A DNA stretch of 64,000 nucleotides, taken from contig JAQGDQ010000311.1 in assembly GCA_030141605.1 (NCBI GenBank), positions 186,001 to 250,000 of the forward strand. Direction: 5' to 3'. The stretch is from Tubiluchus corallicola (lineage: Eukaryota; Animalia; Priapulida). The number at the start of each line of letters is the position of its first letter. Position 1 is the first letter of the stretch. Shown here in pieces: positions 13,086-64,000 of the stretch. The notes under the pieces are model-generated. The model was not told the DNA's origin. It did not search any database and saw only the letters and a program-made list of their open reading frames with translations. The translations under genes and the position numbers were made by a program.

Positions 13086-15289
13086 AACCAACTGTCTATT
13101 AAACTGGTTGGCTAACATAATTGATTAGCTAGGCAGTTAGATAGTATAACAGGCTTTAAAAAATCACAAACAAAGGAGAAATGTCAGTACCACAACTGTG
13201 TCCTGTCAAACAAAGGCAATGTTTTCTTTTACAATGTAAACTGAGAATGAACAATGTCATTCACTCTTTTGACAAGAATTTTGTGAAAGTCGTGGACACA
13301 AAATTTGCTGTGAGAGAATGAAATTGTTTAAAATTATGTTGCTGACAATTTCTGCTGACACTTGACCCAATAAAACTCTTAAATGTATCAACATGGTAAT
13401 TTTAGCAATTACAGCACACAAATATCAGATGCAAACAAACAGAGATAATAATAATTTACCTTGAAGCAAACAGCAGTCTCTAGAAAGTAAGTGCTCCGTA
13501 GGCTTCTGTCAGCTCAGAAGTAAACTGCTCCTTTCAATACAGGTGAGCAGGTGTGTGCGTTGTACAGTCCTCGTTATGTTCAAATTATTAAACATCTAAT
13601 AATAATCAAAAAAATCACAATAACTCATCAAAATGATCTAATGATCTATAACATAAAAAATTTTAAAACTATAACCTGCATGTTGTGCTTGTTTGTTCAT
13701 TTCTTACGACCATCACCACTCAGAAGTTATGAGCCACAGCAACAAAACCTATAGGCCTAAGCTAGAACAAGCAAACAATTTTTGACCTACTTGCCGACAA
13801 TCGAAAAAAATTTACCCACACAGGTTTGCCGAAAGGAGATTCAGACTAAAACGTTTCTCTACAGTTTTTAATTAATTCACAACTAATTAATTAACTAATT
13901 AATGAAGAGTTTGCTACAAATTTTACTGTTTTGAACACAGTTTGGTAAACAATTTTTGGAGTTGAAAAAAGTGGGATGGACAGAGTGAGTCAGTGAGTGA
14001 AGCAAAATAATCAGGACATAAGCTGACACTTGTCTGGAGTCATGCAGTCTAACATGATCTTGGTACCAATCATGATTCACCAGCTTACACTGCAGTATTT
14101 GCATGCTGGTCACATGCTGGTCAATGAGTTATGACACTCCATACTTTTCCAAACATACCAGATTCTATTTTACGAAAATTATGAACAAAATCAGAATTTA
14201 GATAATTTCATGGATAAGGAGGCAAATATCCTACGTATTGTCTTAACAATCTTATTAATTAGTTACTATGCTTTACCTATTTAATGGTAATATACTAACA
14301 ACAGTAACAGATCGGTCCCAGCATTTTAAACTGCCTGCTCAAACCTGTGATGCATTGGTGTCATCTGGGCCTAACCTTGATAGAAGAAAGCCTAAATTAA
14401 ACAAACCAATGCTTCATATATTGTCGCAAAACTTCCTTTACTTTTGATTTTACAGTTAAATTTAAATAATTCTAGACAATGTTTTATAACATTGAGATTT
14501 ATTGGTTAAACGTCTTGTCAATTATAATTCTGATAACAAGTATGCACCTCCTTTTTAAACTTGCTTTGTATTATATTTCAATAATAATATCTGCATGACT
14601 AATTATGAATTTTTGGCACATGTAAAAGCACCTTTCGGCAGCTACCCATCTAAATCACTCGCTTCCCCTAAATCATGGCATGTACCATGTCTGTTTAACA
14701 GTAATCTCCAACGAATGAATTTGAATTATAAATGTTGCATATTCTTTTGCAAGCATTTCCTGAGCGTGCAATACTTGCTTTCCTGAAAACAAACAAACTC
14801 ACTAAGCACAAACAAACGATTATCAGCTGTTACTACTGACAATGTTACCAGTAATTCGTTTTTATGATGCATACATTTCCACTAAATGAATCTGAAATTT
14901 CTATTGACTCTTTTACAATTAATTAACATTGCATAAGAAGTTCCGAAAACGAAAAAAATTAGGCCTACTTTCAGTAAAGGTAGATGACCAAACTGACACA
15001 GCCTTATCTTTCCATGTACGCTCAAAGTTCCATTAATTACAGAGTATACCAGTAATTCAAAGATAACTATTAAAGGTCTAAACAGCCCACGATGTCATAA
15101 TTACCAAAACAGCACATGATCAACAGCGTACAAGACTGTTATCTGACGATAATTATGGCAGTATGAGTGACAAATTTTATTTTAAATATAACAGTCAACG
15201 GTATCGCGATAATTAAACAAACCATTACACTTCATTATTAACACTTACTAATATTAGCAACAATAATAACACAGGTATTGTTGTAGCTT

Positions 15290-15650
15290 CCATAGCGCAA
15301 CATCACGCGTCAAGTGACAGGTCGGCTTAACCTCCGCCTACCATGGTTGCTAACGAAGCGACAGGGTGGTCCGCGCCTGCATGTTCACTGCGCAGCCTCT
15401 ACGGCTCTTGTTAGAATTAGCGTACATTTACCTGTAGAAACGTCAATAATATCTTGACTATTACAACGCTTATGAAATTGGCGTTGCATCATTACTGAGC
15501 TGGCTTCCAGAGAAAGAAACGCCGCTCAAAGGCAGCGCTCTCCGCGGTTTATGCGGAATAAATGAAAGATATACCTAGGAATTTATTAGCAGAAGAAAAC
15601 AGCCACCCACAGCAAAACTAGATCTAGAGACACCTATCGGTAGCGAAATG
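15290..15650 (-). promoter_or_regulatory. Candidate CpG-enriched promoter / first non-coding exon of the ZNF474-like gene
   Basis: Locally GC/CpG-rich patch between the two genes, with a minus-strand donor CAG|GTAAAT at 15432/15431; inference only. Confidence 0.35.
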
Positions 15651-16623
15651 AAACGTAAAAATAGTCATTAATCACAGTGATATGAAAATAATGGTAAATC
15701 CCAATTTAGTTTGATTATTGGTCAATAGCTATACTAAATCATTGTAAAAGTAATTAAATAAGACCAATGTTTATGTTTATCATAACTACCGCATTTGTTT
15801 CTGCACCCACATTAAAATACATAAGCAATGCACACATGGATACATGTATAGCTATCACCATAAAAGGGATAGTGTGCATATTATTTTGGTATTACATTTA
15901 GCTATAAAATTTGACAGATTGCTGTCAATTTAACTGGAATCTTTGTGCTTATGCAAAGAGTAAATGATACTGGTTGTTCACACAAAATCTATCATCACCG
16001 TTTTAATCCCAAATGTCGTCACTGCCATTATTAAGCACAAGAGTCTGCAAAAATACGGTGCATGAACCAAAATGCAGTTCCAAAAGCATAAAAAATTATC
16101 ATCATCATAATCAATTTTTATTTATTGCAAGTGCAGTGATACATTATGCGCAAATGCAAACATTTATATACATTTTACAAAAATAACTCAATCTTTTCAA
16201 TAAAAAAGACAAGTAGTAGACCAAAAGCAGACTAGTAAAAAAATTATGAGGGACCTATCATAGAGCAGAAAACCAAAAATTTTCAGAATTGTTTTACAGT
16301 TGTAATTTTTTAATTGTACACTTCAGTTAAACACTACTGTTAACACCAACAGGATGGCGTATGGTTGTGTTTGTCAAGGTGACCAAAACCATTCCAATTT
16401 TGCAAAAGAATGGACTAACAAAAGCCAACATAAAAATACGTGAATACAAATTACCAGCTAAAAGACAGCACAATACACAAGCGACTTTATCAAGGCTCTA
16501 TTCAGAATTTCTATTGCAAATACACGTTCTGATAATGCCTTACTTAACAGACATGGTAAACATTCTTAACACAGTCACTGACTGCCTATTACAAAAAGGG
16601 TAAACCACAGAATAACAGTAATA

Positions 16624-17121
16624 CAGTCAACCTCGGGTATAAGGTACTCGCTTATAAGGGACATTCGCTTATAAGGGACCACCAACACCGGTCCCGATTT
16701 TTCATAACGTTTTTCCTTATAAAATCTTCATATATAAGCTATTCGGATACAAGGGACTTTTGATTATAAGGGACGATTACTTCAGGTCCCGCGTAATAGA
16801 AATCCAGGTAAATTACCTCGCATATAAGGGACCCTATGACCAAAGTGAAATTGATCGATTTTTAACCTCAATTTTTTGCAAACTCGGCTTTCATACAGCT
16901 CAGTTTCCGCGGTCACATACATCTCGCATCACTGGAGGAACTTCCTACATACCATTTGCACTGAATGTGTAGCAATAATCCACAAAAATATAGGTAAAAA
17001 TACAGAAAAGTACAGGTCTAGATACACCCTCAGTTTGACTCAACTTCAGCGATAAGGGACATCGGATATAAAGGACGGTTTTTCCCGGTCCGGAGGGGTC
17101 CCTTATATCCGAGGTTGACTG
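16624..17121. mobile_element. Tigger/pogo-type MITE in or near the putative MYO9 3'UTR
   Basis: TIR CAGTCAACCTCGGGTATAAGG / CCTTATATCCGAGGTTGACTG, TA TSD on both sides, repeated internal ATAAGGGA motifs. Confidence 0.88.
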
Positions 17122-18131
17122 TAGTACTAAATGACAAATAACACGAGAAACCTAATTAGCTTTGCACAGCAAATAGGTGAAACAGCAACAGTCCTTTATG
17201 TACAAGCTTGATAACAAATAAATAACGATACACAAATTCCAGAAATGAATACAAACAACTTTGCTATATTCAGCACATAAAACCAAGTCGAATGCTTTTC
17301 TTACTGTTAATTTTATATATTACACGATTAAATAGTTATTATGCGACTAAACTATTATCAGCAAGTGCATAAGATGCACACTTTATAATGCAACGTAAAA
17401 CATGTGAGAAACGTACAAAAACTAGAATCTTGATGTCACCAAACAATTTGGGCAGATTACAAATTTACCGTCATTTAACTGAGATAAAGCTTCCATATTT
17501 ACAATTGTTGTAACAGTGTATATTTACAAGTATACTGATGACTAAATAACTAAACTAGTTATACAAACAAGGCCAGTATAGTAATTAAGTAAAGTTACGT
17601 CAACAATCAATGCAAGCCTTTAAAATCACACAGTGACAATACTATTCAGCTTAAACTTACAGTAGAAACCACTGTAGCACTACTACAAATTGGCTAGAAA
17701 ACTGAGAAAAGTTACTATAAAACAGGAAGTGACATTATAAAATTCATCACAGATGGTTTAACAAGCTGCAATTATGATGTATCACAAACCATTAATATAA
17801 CAGTTGAGCTTATAGCAGCTGCCTATGGTTATTCCTCTGCTGTACAAGACAAGAAGACACTTACCATAACAATAACTGTCGTCGTGGCAACATAAAGCAG
17901 TTTCCAAACTTGTTTGTACCAAACAAATTCCAAGACAAGTAACAGCTGTAGACTGGGCAAAAATGACATAGAATGGATTGCCAAACTGTGAAAAGCACAA
18001 CTTAGTTGCTACAAAAAATCTGATAAAATTGAAGTGACAAGCTTTTTCTTGGCATGTAGAAAAAACCGCAGGCAAGTTTATTTATGTTCGTCCTAGTGTT
18101 TGCATAAATTAAGAAGACAAAAAGTCTAGTT

Positions 18132-63059
<44,928 letters not shown>

Positions 63060-63617
63060 CTATGTGAACAAAAAATGCTCTATCTATTGCATTTAACTGC
63101 AAAAGAGTCAAAAGAGTGATTTCATGTATTTAAGTTTTAACAGAACGCTAAGATAATTTTCTATTGCTTCTCTAAATCAGCTCATCGTCTGTCTCACCGA
63201 TCACAGAAATTGAACATCTGTTTAGTGAAATTTACCTTCTAGAATGCAGAAACACATCGTTTTCTGGAAGACTACAGAAAAAATTAACAACAACAGTGAG
63301 AGCCCGAGTGGTTCTGTGTCCAGCTACCTAACCTGCTGGATAACACATGTGCCAACTGTTGCCTTCAATACAACCAAATGCTACAACTTGTTCTTAGACA
63401 ACCTCTTCTTAAGAAAAAGTACAGTTTGCCTTCGAAACAATCAAATCTGTACAATAAAGGCAAGCCCTTATGAAAATTCATAGGCGAAAATGATTTTTTA
63501 ATATGTTGTCAATGTGTTGCAGAAACACTCCACACACAAATAGCACGACATGGACGACTAGCCAACAAGACCGACAGCAGTACAACAAACAGCTCATTGT
63601 TACAGCACCAAGATTCA

Positions 63618-64000
63618 TTCTCCTGAAAATTGTTTAGTTTAAACCCAAACATGGAATAGAACCATGTTCTTTCGAATCTACTGTGCAGCTAAACAAATTA
63701 TCGGTTCGGTTTTCAAACACTACTACAGGCAGCCAGTTACAAAGCCATAACATGAGCGATATATAAAGTTTTATTCTCCTGAAAATAATTAGTTTAAACC
63801 CAATCATAGAATCGAACCACATTCTTTCGAATCTAAAGCAATAACATTGCCCAGTTCAGCAAATTATCGGTTTTCTGCAATTATAAAGCCATAACACGAG
63901 CGATATATAAAGTTTTGTTCTCCTGAAAATAATTAGTTTAAACCCAGTCATAGAATCGAACCATATTCTTTCGAATCTAAAGCAATAACATTGCCCAGTT
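63618..64000. repeat. ~145-160-bp tandem repeat, at least 2.5 copies, runs off the window
   Basis: TTCTCCTGAAAAT..TTAGTTTAAACCCA..CAT.GAAT.GAACCA..TTCTTTCGAATCTA occurs three times. Confidence 0.85.

Noticed and set aside
15281-15360. RFX X-box motifs (GCTTCCATAGCGC, CCATGGTTGCTAAC) upstream of a possibly ciliary gene
   Set aside because: Only half-site or partial matches to GTTNCC-N-RGYAAC; not supportable.
63236-63270. AG/GT-bounded 35-nt candidate MYO9 exon
   Set aside because: In the phase needed to join 63059 it contains TAG, and it has no myosin similarity.

Overview
AT-rich, intron-rich animal (invertebrate-type) genomic DNA, not prokaryotic. There are two spliced protein-coding genes, both on the minus strand. 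(1) A class IX myosin (MYO9-type motor-RhoGAP) gene is 5'-truncated by the window edge. I traced 39 phase-compatible GT-AG exons from 63059 to the stop at 18132 (about 1725 aa visible): motor core with the long class-IX loop-2 insert, 4 IQ motifs, two C1 zinc fingers, RhoGAP, and a C-terminal ...SVMV. (2) A ZNF474/ZC2HC1-like C2HC zinc-finger gene has 5 coding exons (8406 to 1933, about 751 aa). Introns and intergenic DNA carry Kolobok/T2-type, Tigger/pogo-type and hAT-type non-autonomous DNA transposons, two copies of a tRNA-derived SINE, several LINE 3' remnants and many minisatellites. The most unusual signal is tandem amplification of the gene's own splice junctions. A ~2 kb array of about 60 x 32-bp units each rebuilds the exon end plus GTAAGT donor of the first C1 exon. 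There is also a 3 x 100-bp donor triplication and a 105-bp acceptor duplication, and most other minisatellites lie close to exon edges. All exon boundaries were read by eye and are unverified by transcripts or database searches.
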